Positions 41,179 through 51,905 of a stretch of 64,000 bases of DNA are shown here, in pieces (position 1 is the stretch's first letter; each line of letters opens with the position of its first letter). The translations under genes and the position numbers were made by a program. Origin of the DNA: an uncultured Syntrophomonadaceae bacterium (GTDB lineage: Bacteria > Bacillota > Dethiobacteria > DTU022); NCBI GenBank assembly GCA_964463285.1, contig CAYXBB010000003.1, positions 1,913 through 65,912 of the forward strand. Direction: 5' to 3'. The notes under the pieces are model-generated. The model was not told the DNA's origin and ran no database searches. It saw only the letters and a program-made list of their open reading frames with translations.

Positions 41179-42264
41179 TTAATGGCCGATAATAAACATT
41201 CGCTCGGGAGGCAGCTGAACAGAACAAGTTTTCCCGACCGTAATATGGGGGGCCGCTATTTTTGAGGCTTCGGCTTCCAAATGAAACCCTTTCTCCCAAC
41301 CGTTTTCCACCTTTACCCGGTAGGTGTAAGAAGCAACTCCATCCACCGCCTCTACCACTTTAACCTGTAAACAGTTATCAGCAGAAAAATCCTGTAACCG
41401 GATATATTCCGGTCTGATTCCTACCGTAACTTTTTGATTTTGGTAATAGCTTCCCGGGTAAGTTAAGTTTATCTTAAGTCTCTGGTTCCACTCCGCCACA
41501 AACACCGTAGCTACAGAACCCTTTTTGTTCTCTATAATCCCTTCTACCAAATTTCTGGCACCGATTAATTTGGCCACAGTTTTATTGGCCGGGGCATTGA
41601 TCAGCTCGTTTTTAGGGCCCAGCTGTAGAATTTCTCCCGAATCATACACTGCGATCTGGGAACTTAGCCGGTAGGCCTCATCCAGGTTGTGGGAGACAAA
41701 AATGATATTCCCCTGATAAAACTGATGTATAGCCAGTAGTTCTCTTTCCAGTCGGCCCCGGACCTGGGTATCTAGCGCTGAAAAAGGTTCGTCCAGTAAC
41801 AATATATCCGGCTCCGGCGCCAGAGCCCGGGCCAGAGCTACCCGCTGTTGCTGTCCTCCTGAAAGATTGCGGGGAGAGCGATGTTTAAAATCACTTAAGC
41901 GCATTTTTTCCAGCAGATAACCAACCCGGGAGTCAATCTCTTTCCGGTTTTGCGCGGAGATGCCAAAAGCAACATTTTCATAAACCGTAAGGTGGGGAAA
42001 AAGGGCATAGTTTTGAAACACGTAGCCTATTTTACGCTTTTGCGGAGAGGTATTAATGCCGGCCTGTGAATCGAATAGCACTCGCCCATTGACATTGATA
42101 TAGCCTTCATCAGGGTTCACCAACCCCGAGATGCACTGCAAGGTCAAGCTCTTTCCGCTACCGGAGGGGCCCACCAGCGATAAAATTTCCTGGTTTATGG
42201 AAAAGGAGGCCTGTAGATTGAATCCCGGGAGCACTTTGTTAACTCTTACCTCGAACAAGGCCAT
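41179..42264 (-). CDS. modC: Molybdate ABC transporter ATP-binding protein with a C-terminal TOBE domain
   Basis: Walker A GPSGSGKS and signature LSGGQQQR, with a TOBE extension. Confidence 0.85.
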   Translation of the reverse strand: MALFEVRVNKVLPGFNLQASFSINQEILSLVGPSGSGKSLTLQCISGLVNPDEGYINVNGRVLFDSQAGINTSPQKRKIGYVFQNYALFPHLTVYENVAFGISAQNRKEIDSRVGYLLEKMRLSDFKHRSPRNLSGGQQQRVALARALAPEPDILLLDEPFSALDTQVRGRLERELLAIHQFYQGNIIFVSHNLDEAYRLSSQIAVYDSGEILQLGPKNELINAPANKTVAKLIGARNLVEGIIENKKGSVATVFVAEWNQRLKINLTYPGSYYQNQKVTVGIRPEYIRLQDFSADNCLQVKVVEAVDGVASYTYRVKVENGWEKGFHLEAEASKIAAPHITVGKTCSVQLPPERMFIIGH

Positions 42265-42956
42265 TACCTCCTGGAGCCAATGTTTTGTTCAAAACCACAA
42301 CTGTTTCGTTTCCAATAGTTAAGTGAAAAAATAGATGCCATAGATATAACCAGTATTACAACTACCCACACCAGGGCCTTGGTGTTATTCCCTGCAGCCA
42401 CCGCAAAATATATCGCCAAGGGGATGGTTTGGGTTTTGCCGGGGATATTGCCGGCCAACATCAGGGTAGCTCCAAATTCCCCCAGGGAACGGGCAAATGA
42501 AAGGATAATCCCGGCCATTATCCCCGGCCAGGCCAAGGGGACAGTAATCCGCCAGAAAATGTTCCATTCCGAGGTGCCTAGGGTGCGGGCCGCATTTTCT
42601 ATATTGGGCTCAATTTGTTCAAATGCTCCCCGGGCAGTCTGATACATCAGCGGAAAAGCTACCACCGTGGAGGCTATAACTGTAGCCCACCATGAAAATA
42701 TTACGGTAGTGTCCAACTTTAACAGCAGTTTGCCTAAAGGGCCATGTTTCCCAAACAGCAACAGCAGCCCAAATCCCAGTACCGTAGGGGGAAGCACCAG
42801 GGGTAGAGTAAACAGTCCGTCAATCAGCCCCCCGGCTTTTCCCCGGTAACTTGCAAGCCAGCGGGCGGCAGCACATCCAAGAAAAAAAGTTATTACTGTA
42901 GATAAAGAAGCGGTTTTTAATGAAATCCATACCGGTACAAAATCTAGATCAGGCAT
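42264..42956 (-). CDS. modB: Molybdate ABC transporter permease
   Basis: Permease with the EAA region (FARSLGEFGATLMLAGN). The start at 42956 (MPDLDF...) follows GGCGGAG. Confidence 0.85.
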   Translation of the reverse strand: MPDLDFVPVWISLKTASLSTVITFFLGCAAARWLASYRGKAGGLIDGLFTLPLVLPPTVLGFGLLLLFGKHGPLGKLLLKLDTTVIFSWWATVIASTVVAFPLMYQTARGAFEQIEPNIENAARTLGTSEWNIFWRITVPLAWPGIMAGIILSFARSLGEFGATLMLAGNIPGKTQTIPLAIYFAVAAGNNTKALVWVVVILVISMASIFSLNYWKRNSCGFEQNIGSRR

Positions 42957-43125
42957 ATATCTGCTCCGCCTTCTTAAATTAGTGAAAATATTTGACGAGG
43001 GGGGGGAATTGCCCTCATCACCTTTCCTTTCAGCAGGTAACAGGCAAGTTCCCCCCCAATACGGACCTTTCACAAGGGAGAGTCATATGAAACAATATCC
43101 CCACCTCTCCCCTTGTATGCCCGGG

Positions 43126-43923
43126 CTAATTTAGAACCTTAAATCCATATTTCTCAAATACTGCTCCGGCTTGCTCTCCGGTTAAAAATTCAATTAAATC
43201 GGTTGATTCTTCGGGATACTCACTATCTTTGATCACGGCAACCGGATAAATTACCGGCGAATGGGAACCGTCGGGAGCCGCAGCTACTACCTCTACCTTA
43301 TCGGAAATCTGGGCATCAGTGCGGTATACCGCCCCTACATCCACCGCCTCTTGTTCCACGTAGGCCAGCACCTCGCGAACGTCTTTGGCCAGCATTAACT
43401 TAGACTGAACCTTTTCCCAGATACCCAGAGTTTCAAATGCTTCCTGGGCATACTTGCCGGCCGGCACAGATTCCGGATCGCCGATAGTAATAAACGTGAT
43501 ATCGTCTTTGGCCAGATCGGCAAATTCAGCAACCCCGGAAAAACCCTTAGGAACCACCAGCACTAGTTCATTTTGTAATAGATCAACCCTTGTGTCATCC
43601 AGCAACAAACCTTTTTCCTCAAGTTCGTTCATCTGCTTGGAAGCTGCTGACATGAAAATATCAACCGGGGCCCCCTGTTCGATCTGCTGCTGCAAGGCAC
43701 CGGAAGAGCCAAAGTTGAACTCAAAACTTATATGGGGATGTTCCTCGGTATAAAGCTGTTCGATTTCCTGCATGGCATCGGTAAGGCTGGCCGCCACCGA
43801 CAGGCTCAGGGTAACCGGTTCCGCCTCTTCTGTTTCTTCGGGAGTGCAACCAACCAGGGTAAATAACATAGCCACGGTTAGGCCTATAATGGCCAATAGT
43901 CTGATAATCTGTTTTCTGCTCAA
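43126..43923 (-). CDS. modA: Molybdate ABC transporter substrate-binding lipoprotein
   Basis: Lipobox LVGC and ModA-like body. TTG start after AAGGAGAAAG. Confidence 0.85.
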   Translation of the reverse strand: MSRKQIIRLLAIIGLTVAMLFTLVGCTPEETEEAEPVTLSLSVAASLTDAMQEIEQLYTEEHPHISFEFNFGSSGALQQQIEQGAPVDIFMSAASKQMNELEEKGLLLDDTRVDLLQNELVLVVPKGFSGVAEFADLAKDDITFITIGDPESVPAGKYAQEAFETLGIWEKVQSKLMLAKDVREVLAYVEQEAVDVGAVYRTDAQISDKVEVVAAAPDGSHSPVIYPVAVIKDSEYPEESTDLIEFLTGEQAGAVFEKYGFKVLN

Positions 43924-43964
43924 TTGTCTTTCTCCTTCATAATTTTTGGCGCCCCTTCTTTAAG

Positions 43965-44180
43965 TAACAAAAATAAAATGTTTCAATAAATGGTATTTTT
44001 ATTGAAACACCGGAATAAATATTTTTTCGATTACCTCCTTTCCAATATCACGGGGGGGAAAACTGTTTCCAGTTTGCCCCTGCATCATTAGATGGCGGCC
44101 AGTATCCCATAAACATTTTTCCCGGCCGGGGCATGTCTTCCGAGAAATGTTCACAGGGAGAATGGCTCGGAGATAAATAA
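43965..44180 (-). promoter_or_regulatory. Candidate Moco riboswitch with terminator, in the modABC leader
   Basis: Core GGCCGCCAUCUAAUGAUGCAGGGGCAAACUGGAAACAGUUUUCCCCCCCGUGAUAUUGGAAAGGAGG. It is followed by the AT-rich hairpin GUUUCAAUAAAAAUACCAUUUAUUGAAAC and AUUUUAUUUUUG (43965-44008). Confidence 0.55.
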
Positions 44181-44327
44181 CAATTTTATGGTCTGAAACA
44201 ATTATAATATATTGTTTATGTACAGGCAAACAACGCTCCGTTTTTTTAGGCTTCTACATTGTTAAAGCTTTTCTGCCGGAAACCGGATCGGTTCTCAACC
44301 CCTCCCAGGTGGCGTAATCACACTATC

Positions 44328-45244
44328 TTAAAATTTATAACCAGATTCGCGGGTTAAAAACCGCCCGTAACCTTCCGGCCCCACGTATAATCCCTGATCA
44401 ACAATCAGTTGCCCGCGACAAAATACGCTTTCGGGAAGTCCCCGTCCTTCGAAACCTTCAAAGGGATTATAGTCAACATTTTGATATTGTAATTCCTTGG
44501 TAATGGTAAAAGTTGATTCGGGATCGAAGATCACCAGATCGGCATCGCTACCCGGAGCAATTGTCCCTTTGCAAGGGAACAGCCCAAACAGCCTGGCCGG
44601 GTTCGTGCTAACCAGCTCCACCATCCGGTTGGGGCTTATCAGCCCCTTATCAACCCCGCCGGCATAAAGCAGTTTAACCCTGGTTTCCACTCCCGGTGCC
44701 CCGTTGGGAATCCTGGTAAAATCCTCGCGTCCCAGCTCCTTCTGGCCCCTGAAATTGAAGGAGCAGTGATCAGAGGCCACTACCTGCAATGTGCCACCCC
44801 TTAATCCTCGCCAGAGATAGCTCTCATTCCCTTTTTGCCGCAGCGGCGGGGACATAACATATTTGGCCCCTTCAAAATTAGGTTCTTCGTAACGATCTAT
44901 GGAGAGAAACAGGTACTGAGGGCAGGTTTCGGCAAATACCGGGCGGCCCTCGGCCCGGGCTTCCGCCACCCGGGCCAGTGCTCCGGAAGTACTTAAATGA
45001 ACCACATACGCCGGAGCCCCGGCAATCCGGGCCAGGGTTAAAAAGCGGTTTACGGCCTCTTCTTCGGCCAAGGGTGGGCGGCTCAAAGCGTGATAAAGCG
45101 GCTCAATTTGACCTCGCGCTAAAAATTCTTCGGAAAGCTCCTGGATGATATCCCCGTTTTCAGCATGAGCCAGCACCATGCCTCCGTAGCGGTTAGTCTG
45201 GCGTAAAATTTTTAACAGGGAAAGATCATCGATCTGGAATACCC
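44328..45244 (-). pseudogene. 5'-truncated dihydropyrimidinase/D-hydantoinase (cyclic amidohydrolase) remnant
   Basis: The C-terminal ~60% of a hydantoinase (VLAHAENGD...GSDADLVIFDP). The reading frame stays open upstream of the first ATG (...FQIDDLSLLKILRQTNRYGG) as far as the stop codon of the upstream gene. The HxH metal-binding N-terminal third is absent. Confidence 0.6.
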
Positions 45245-45246
45245 CT

Positions 45247-46587
45247 CTACTTTACCTTCAAAAAGCTGAAAGGCCACTCCTGCTCTTCTAAAATATCAGT
45301 CAAGGTTGGAGAACCGATTTCCTGAAGTTCATAACCTACCCGGAGACAGGGTTTGTTAAGGTTGATAATCCGACGCAGATCGATCGGAGTGGCACTTATC
45401 ACCAGGTCAGCCGGCGTGCGATTTATAGTCTCTTCCAGATCCCGGACCTGTTTTTCTCCGTAGCCCATTGCCGGCAGCAGCGCTCCTATGTGGGGATATT
45501 TTTCATAGGTAGCTTTTATGGTACCCGTAGCATAAGGCCGGGCATCTATCAATTCCGCCGCACCATGTTTCCGAGCAGCGATTACCCCCGCCCCGTAAAT
45601 CATCTCCCCATGGGTTAAGGTCGGACCGTCCTCAATTACCAGTACTCTTTTGCCGGTTATTTTTTCGTCCCCTTCAACAAAAATAGGAGAAGCAGCCTCT
45701 ATTATCCTAGCCCGGGGATTTACCCCGACCACATTTTCCCGCACCCGGGCTATTCCCTCCGGGCCGGCAGTATCGATCTTATTGATGATCACCACATCGG
45801 CCAGCCGGAGATTGGTTTCCCCGGGATGATAGTTTAATTCATGCCCCGGGCGGTGGGGATCAACCAGGGTAATATAAAGATCCCCCCGGAAAAACGAAAA
45901 ATCGTTGTTGCCGCCGTCCCAGATGATAAGGTCCGCTTCCCTTTCCGCCGCCCTTAAAATCTGCTCGTAATCCACCCCGGCATACACCACGATCCCCCGG
46001 TCGATATGAGGTTCGTATTCCTCCCGCTCCTCAATAGTACATTTATACAGATCCAGATCGCGGTAATCGGCAAATCTCTGGCAAGCCTGTTCGGCCAGAT
46101 CCCCGTAGGGCATGGGATGGCGAACTACCACTACTTTCAGCCCTTTCTGGGATAAAATATCACATACCCGGCGGGTGGCCTGGCTTTTCCCTACTCCGGT
46201 GCGGACAGCGGTTACCGCGATTACCGGTTTATTGGAATCCAACATGGTATGCTTAAGCCCCATAAGTTTAAAATCGGCCCCGGCAGCCATCACCTGTGAT
46301 GCTTTAGACATAACATAACGGTAAGGCGTGTCGCTGTAGGCAAACACCACCTGATCGGCGTTCAACTCCCTGATCAACTGCCCCAGATTTTCTTCGGCAA
46401 AGATCGGAATCCCCCGGGGATACAGCTTCCCGGCCAGTTGCCCGGGATAAACCCTCCCCTCAATATCCGGTATCTGGGTGGCGGTAAATGCAACCACCTG
46501 ATAGGCATCGTTGTCCCGGAAATAAACATTAAAATTGTGGAAATCCCGGCCCGCCGCCCCCATAATGATTACCTTAGTTTTGGCCAT
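45247..46587 (-). CDS. P-loop NTPase, DUF1611 / cyclic-2,3-diphosphoglycerate-synthetase-like
   Basis: N-terminal Rossmann-like region (KVIIMGAAGRDFHNFNV) and a mid-protein P-loop (TGVGKSQATRRV). Tentative family call from memory. Confidence 0.45.
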   Translation of the reverse strand: MAKTKVIIMGAAGRDFHNFNVYFRDNDAYQVVAFTATQIPDIEGRVYPGQLAGKLYPRGIPIFAEENLGQLIRELNADQVVFAYSDTPYRYVMSKASQVMAAGADFKLMGLKHTMLDSNKPVIAVTAVRTGVGKSQATRRVCDILSQKGLKVVVVRHPMPYGDLAEQACQRFADYRDLDLYKCTIEEREEYEPHIDRGIVVYAGVDYEQILRAAEREADLIIWDGGNNDFSFFRGDLYITLVDPHRPGHELNYHPGETNLRLADVVIINKIDTAGPEGIARVRENVVGVNPRARIIEAASPIFVEGDEKITGKRVLVIEDGPTLTHGEMIYGAGVIAARKHGAAELIDARPYATGTIKATYEKYPHIGALLPAMGYGEKQVRDLEETINRTPADLVISATPIDLRRIINLNKPCLRVGYELQEIGSPTLTDILEEQEWPFSFLKVK

Positions 46588-46746
46588 CCTAAAACCCTCC
46601 CAGGTTTAATTTAAAAAACCAGGGGGACGGTTCTTTTGTGCAAAGTGTTTAGATTTGTTTCTTACAAACAATCGAAACAACCGGAAGGAAACTAATAAAT
46701 GTTTTTGGCAAAATGCACAAAAGAACCGTCCCCCTGGTCATGGTTC

Positions 46747-47676
46747 CTACATCAGCAGTGATAACAGCGCTTTTTGAAGATGAAGACGATTTTCGGCCTG
46801 ATCAAACACGATCGACTGAGGCCCGTCGATCACTTCATCGGTAATCTCTTCACCCCGATGGGCCGGCAAACAGTGCATTACCAGCACCTCCGGGGGAGCC
46901 TTGGCCAAAAGATCCCGGTTGACCTGGTAGCGTCTAAATATTTTTCTGTTCGGGGACTGTTCCTCCTGACCCATGCTGGTCCAGGCATCGGTATAGATCA
47001 ATTGGACCTTTTCTATTACTGATTCGGGATCGGCACATAGGTTAATCTTTGCCCCGGTTTCCATCGCGTCTTCTCTGGCCAGGCGAGTAATTTCAGGATC
47101 CGGTTCCCGACCTACCGGAGTACATATCGTAATATTTAAACCGGTCTTGGCTCCTCCGAACATCAAGGAATGAGCTACGTTATTCCCGTCACCCAAATAA
47201 AGCAGAGTAAGCCCGGCCAGGTTTTCCAATCTTTCTTGGATCGTTAACAGATCGGAGAGCACCTGGCAGGGATGAAGCAGATCGGTAAGCCCGTTAATCA
47301 CCGGGATGGAAGCATGGCAGGCCAGTTCCGCCACCTCCTGTTGGGAATAAGTCCGGATCACCACTCCGTCTACAAACCGGCTTAAAATCCGGGCAGTATC
47401 GGCAATGGTTTCCCCCCGCTTTAACTGCAGGTCGTTAGCATTCAGATATAGGGCATATCCCCCCAACTGCCACATGGCTACCTCAAATGATATCCTGGTG
47501 CGGGTAGAACTTTTCTGAAAGATCATGCCCAGCGTTTTGCCTTGCAGGGGTTGCAGTCTTTCTCCGGCCAGATGTCTTTTCTTGATTGATCCCGCTGTAT
47601 CCAAAATATAACGGACCTCTTCTCGGGAAAGATCATGGATCGACAGGATGTGTTTGCCTTTTAGTGGTAATTCCAT
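46747..47676 (-). CDS. argF: Ornithine carbamoyltransferase
   Basis: STRTRISFE, HCLPAHRGEE and TDAWTSMGQE motifs. The start at 47676 (MELPLKGKH...) follows AGGAGGG. Confidence 0.85.
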   Translation of the reverse strand: MELPLKGKHILSIHDLSREEVRYILDTAGSIKKRHLAGERLQPLQGKTLGMIFQKSSTRTRISFEVAMWQLGGYALYLNANDLQLKRGETIADTARILSRFVDGVVIRTYSQQEVAELACHASIPVINGLTDLLHPCQVLSDLLTIQERLENLAGLTLLYLGDGNNVAHSLMFGGAKTGLNITICTPVGREPDPEITRLAREDAMETGAKINLCADPESVIEKVQLIYTDAWTSMGQEEQSPNRKIFRRYQVNRDLLAKAPPEVLVMHCLPAHRGEEITDEVIDGPQSIVFDQAENRLHLQKALLSLLM

Positions 47677-47817
47677 ATCTTCATACCCTCCTGTAATATT
47701 AACGGTAACCAACCATAAGCCATAGGTCCACAAAATAATAACCCGATCTATCACAAACTGTCAGGTTAAATTTTAGACATAAACCCTGCTATCCCTTTTC
47801 TTCCCGGGATATTTCGT

Positions 47818-48936
47818 CTAGTCCAACTCCTTAAGGACCTCCACCAGGGTCTCCAGAAAACGCTGGTTTTGCGGTTCGGTACCGATGGTTACCCGGATGA
47901 AAGTCGGATAACCAAATATATCTCCACTGCGGATAATTATTCCCCGCTGCAGTAACCGTTCAAATACTCTTCGAGAATCAACCCCGACATCTACAAAATA
48001 AAAGTTGGCCTGGGAGGGAACAGGTGTTAAACCCAGTTTTCCCAGCCCCCGGGCCAGCTGCCGCTTGCCTTCCTCTACCAGGCACAGACTGTTCTCTAAA
48101 TGTTTCTTATCAGACAGCGCCGCCAGCGCCGCCGCCTGAGCCGGGGAATTTACGTTAAACGGTTCCCGGATCCGGTTCAGGTCAGAGGCAATTTTTTCCG
48201 GCGCGATAGCATAGCCGATCCGCAGGCCGGCCAGTCCATATATTTTAGAAAAAGTGCGCAAGGAGATTACCGGTCGGTGCTGATGTACAAAAGCTGGGCC
48301 AAAACTGCATTCCGGATCAGTAACATATTCCCGATAGGCTTCATCCATTACTACCAACAATCGGGGCGGCAGGCAATCCAAAAACCGCTCCATCCTCCGT
48401 TGGTCTACAATAGTACCGGTGGGGTTGTTGGGGCTACAGATAAAAATCAAGCGGGTCCGCTCCGTCAACCGATCAAAAGCCGCCTCCAAATTATAATCAA
48501 AATTTTTACCTTTCAGGGGAATATAGTTCAGGGTTCCCCCGGCTTTACGCACGGCATACTCATATTCGGAAAAGGTAGGATAAACCGCTATCGCTTCTTC
48601 CCCCGGATTAAGAAAAGCCTGAGTTAACAGGCCTAGCAGCTCATCTGAGCCATTGCCAAGAACAAGCTGCTCAACTTTAACTTTCCACTTTTCAGCCAGA
48701 GCCTGTTTTAAATAATAACCATTGCCGTCGGGGTAGTAGTTAACGTTTTGAATATGGCGCTGTATAGATTTAAGAGCCAGGGGGGATGGTCCCAGGGGGT
48801 TTTCATTGGAAGCCAACTTTATCGCTCCGGTTATCCCCAGTTCCCGTTCCACCTCTTCCACCGGTTTGCCCGGAATATAGGGCTTGATTAGCTGTAAATT
48901 TGAACGAAGCTCCGGATACCGGCAGCTGTCAGGCAA
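47818..48936 (-). CDS. hisC: Histidinol-phosphate aminotransferase (class II aminotransferase)
   Basis: LASNENPLGPSP motif, PLP-lysine region, TTG start. Confidence 0.75.
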   Translation of the reverse strand: MPDSCRYPELRSNLQLIKPYIPGKPVEEVERELGITGAIKLASNENPLGPSPLALKSIQRHIQNVNYYPDGNGYYLKQALAEKWKVKVEQLVLGNGSDELLGLLTQAFLNPGEEAIAVYPTFSEYEYAVRKAGGTLNYIPLKGKNFDYNLEAAFDRLTERTRLIFICSPNNPTGTIVDQRRMERFLDCLPPRLLVVMDEAYREYVTDPECSFGPAFVHQHRPVISLRTFSKIYGLAGLRIGYAIAPEKIASDLNRIREPFNVNSPAQAAALAALSDKKHLENSLCLVEEGKRQLARGLGKLGLTPVPSQANFYFVDVGVDSRRVFERLLQRGIIIRSGDIFGYPTFIRVTIGTEPQNQRFLETLVEVLKELD

Positions 48937-49037
48937 TTCAAAGAGCCCCCTTTGATATCAAGTTACGCTCATTATTATACCTTAAGTTGAATATATGTTA
49001 AACAGGGTGTTAACTTTAACCAAAGGGGGAAAACCGG

Positions 49038-49832
49038 TTGTTTGTTGCGCTAATTGTTAACCGGCGGAGGTTTATTTACCTGCTTTTACTGGCGCTGGCC
49101 TTGCTAATATTGAATCCCCTGCTCAAACTGCCGGAAAAACTTGGTGAGGTAATAGCCCAATCCAAGCGTTTGGTCCCGATATACTATGTAGATACACCCG
49201 AAAAAAAAGTGGCGTTTTCTTTTGATGCCAGCTGGGGCGCAGAACGAACTGAGCGCATACTGGATATACTGGATGAGTATTCACTAAAAACCACCTTCTT
49301 TTTAACAGGTTTTTGGGTGGAAGAGTACCCGCAATACGTAAAGCTCATTGCCGACCGAGGTCATGAAATCGGCAACCATACCTCCACCCACCCCCACTTG
49401 AGTAACGCCACGGAGGAACAGATCAAAGAAGAGTTGCTTAAAATTGAGCAGATGATTGAAGAAATTACCGGCAGGCGCCCCACCTTGTTCCGGGCTCCAT
49501 TCGGGGAATACAACAACCGGGTAATTACCGTGGCCGAGCAGTTGGGCTATAGCACTATCCAGTGGAGCATCGATTCTCTGGACTGGCAGAACCTAACCCG
49601 GGAGGAAATAGTACAGAGGGTAAGTCACCGGGCCCACAAGGGCGCCATAATTTTGTTTCACAATAATGGCTTGTATACCGCTGATGCCCTGCCGGAGATT
49701 ATTGAGTATTATCAGCATCACGGTTATTCGATACTTCCTATCTCCGAATTAATCTATCATCAAAACTTTACCATCGACCCGCATAGCGGGGCCCAGGTTC
49801 CAAATCCCAAACCCAAACACCGGCCTGAGTAA
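49038..49832 (+). CDS. Polysaccharide deacetylase (NodB domain)
   Basis: FDASWG ... HEIGNHTSTHPH motifs with an N-terminal membrane anchor. Confidence 0.75.
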   Translation: MFVALIVNRRRFIYLLLLALALLILNPLLKLPEKLGEVIAQSKRLVPIYYVDTPEKKVAFSFDASWGAERTERILDILDEYSLKTTFFLTGFWVEEYPQYVKLIADRGHEIGNHTSTHPHLSNATEEQIKEELLKIEQMIEEITGRRPTLFRAPFGEYNNRVITVAEQLGYSTIQWSIDSLDWQNLTREEIVQRVSHRAHKGAIILFHNNGLYTADALPEIIEYYQHHGYSILPISELIYHQNFTIDPHSGAQVPNPKPKHRPE

Positions 49833-50108
49833 TAGCTTACAATAATATAAGATTATCGCCTGGATTGCCGGGAAACCTTGAATGCGTTGCCACGGAAAAA
49901 TCGGCCCGTCTTTTTATAGGGGCGAGCTTTTCCAGCCGGCCGGATATAAGCACCCGCTATAAGCTAGCTGCTTTCGGAAAACTACAAACAACCAAATACC
50001 GGATCGGCAGCGGCTAAACGCAGAATTTCGATCCTCGACTAAACTTGCACCGGCGTTAAAATTCTGCTAAGATCAGTTCAGAAATTACCCTTAAGTGAGT
50101 AAATTTTT

Positions 50109-50882
50109 ATGTCCTATAAAAGAATCATCCCCTGCCTGGATTTGAAAGATGGCCGGCTGGTAAAAGGTGTAAAGTTTCTTAACCTTAAGAACGCGGGAAA
50201 CGCCATCGAAAAAGCAATTCAGTATACCGGTGACGGCGCCGACGAGCTGGTGATGCTGAATATTTCTAATTCCCCGGAAGGATATCTGGCCACACAAAAG
50301 GTTATTCTGGACGCCGTAAAGAAGGTGGTTGTACCGGTAATGGCCGGCGGAGGTATCCGTTCAATTGATTCTATGCACGATCTTTTCCAATACGGGGTTG
50401 ACAAAATAGCTATTAACACCGCTGCCCTGGAAAATCCTCAGTTGATCGACACTGCTGCCAAACGTTTTGGAAGCCGGCGAATAGTGGTGGCAGTAGATGC
50501 CCTGCGATCTCGATCTTCCTCAAGTTCAACCCCCTCCTGGGAGGTCTACAGTGGAAGCGGGCATAGATCCACCCGACGGGAGGCTGTGTTATGGTGTGTC
50601 GAAGCCGCACAAAGAGGGGCAGGCGAGATTTTATTGACCTCCATAGATTCCGATGGAACCCAAAATGGTTATGATCTGGAGCTGCTGGCAGCAGTGGCGG
50701 AAGCGGTTCCTATTCCCGTAATTGCCTCCGGCGGAGCAGGTTCTCCGAAACATCTGGTAGAAGCTCTAACCTCTGGTAAGGCCCAGGCAGTGCTGATCGC
50801 TTCTCTGCTTCATTACGGAAATTATACCGTGACTAATCTTAAGCAATATCTGGCAGAACAGGGTTTGCCGGTACGCCTGTAA
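50109..50882 (+). CDS. hisF: Imidazole glycerol phosphate synthase cyclase subunit
   Basis: RIIPCLDLKDGRLVKGVKF ... GAGEILLTSIDSDGT ... PVIASGGAG. Confidence 0.85.
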   Translation: MSYKRIIPCLDLKDGRLVKGVKFLNLKNAGNAIEKAIQYTGDGADELVMLNISNSPEGYLATQKVILDAVKKVVVPVMAGGGIRSIDSMHDLFQYGVDKIAINTAALENPQLIDTAAKRFGSRRIVVAVDALRSRSSSSSTPSWEVYSGSGHRSTRREAVLWCVEAAQRGAGEILLTSIDSDGTQNGYDLELLAAVAEAVPIPVIASGGAGSPKHLVEALTSGKAQAVLIASLLHYGNYTVTNLKQYLAEQGLPVRL

Positions 50883-50949
50883 AGAATTAAGTTAATTATT
50901 TGTTTAATCTGTGTGATCAGTAACATCCTGTAAGGAGGCGGGATTGTCA

Positions 50950-51834
50950 ATGAATGAAAAAACTTCTTTTTTAGGTAAATCAGAACTGGCCTGGCTGTCT
51001 AAAGGCGGCGTAATTATGGATGTAACCTCTCCGGATCAGGCTAAAATTGCCGAACAAGCCGGAGCAGTGGCAGTGATGGCCCTGGAGAGAGTGCCGGCCG
51101 ATATCCGAGCCGCCGGGGGAGTAGCCCGGATGGCTGATCCTGAAATTGTCCTGAAAATTATCGGGTCTGTATCTATCCCGGTAATGGCCAAAGTGCGGAT
51201 CGGCCACTTTGTGGAAGCCCAGATTATTCAAGAGCTGGGAGTGGACTATCTCGATGAGAGCGAGGTCCTGACCCCTGCGGATGAACAGTATCACATTAAC
51301 AAACACCTGTTTACAGTACCCTTTGTATGTGGGGCCAGAGACCTGGGAGAAGCCTTGCGTCGGATAGCGGAGGGAGCGGCCATGATCCGCACCAAGGGCG
51401 AACCCGGTACCGGCAATGTGGTGGAGGCGGTACGCCACATGCGCCGGGTTATGGAACAAATTCGAGAAACCGCAAATACGCCCGATGAAGAGTTGTCAGT
51501 GCTGGCCAGAAATTTAAGAGCACCGCTGGATCTGTTAAAGCAGGTTAAAGCGGAGGGCCGGCTGCCGGTGCCCAATCTGGCGGCGGGAGGAATCGCCACC
51601 CCGGCCGATGCGGCGCTGATGATGCAATTGGGCTCTGACGGAATTTTCGTGGGTTCGGGTATTTTCAAATCTGAAGATCCCGGGCTCCGGGCGGAGGCAA
51701 TTGTAAAGGCCGCCCGTCATTACAACGATCCAAAAATTTTGGCAGAAGTATCCCGAGGATTGGGCGAGGCCATGAAAGGCCTGGAAATATCCTCCCTGGC
51801 CGAAGAAGAGCGGATGCAGGAAAGGGGTATTTAG
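50950..51834 (+). CDS. pdxS: Pyridoxal 5'-phosphate synthase lyase subunit
   Basis: GGVIMDV...[10 protein letters not shown]...[14 protein letters not shown] after AAGGAGG. Confidence 0.9.
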   Translation: MNEKTSFLGKSELAWLSKGGVIMDVTSPDQAKIAEQAGAVAVMALERVPADIRAAGGVARMADPEIVLKIIGSVSIPVMAKVRIGHFVEAQIIQELGVDYLDESEVLTPADEQYHINKHLFTVPFVCGARDLGEALRRIAEGAAMIRTKGEPGTGNVVEAVRHMRRVMEQIRETANTPDEELSVLARNLRAPLDLLKQVKAEGRLPVPNLAAGGIATPADAALMMQLGSDGIFVGSGIFKSEDPGLRAEAIVKAARHYNDPKILAEVSRGLGEAMKGLEISSLAEEERMQERGI

Positions 51835-51905
51835 CAAAAACCTAGACTAAAATTTATATTCGGCTCCGCGAACACAAATCTCCATTCCTTTTGCCCGGCA
51901 GTTTA

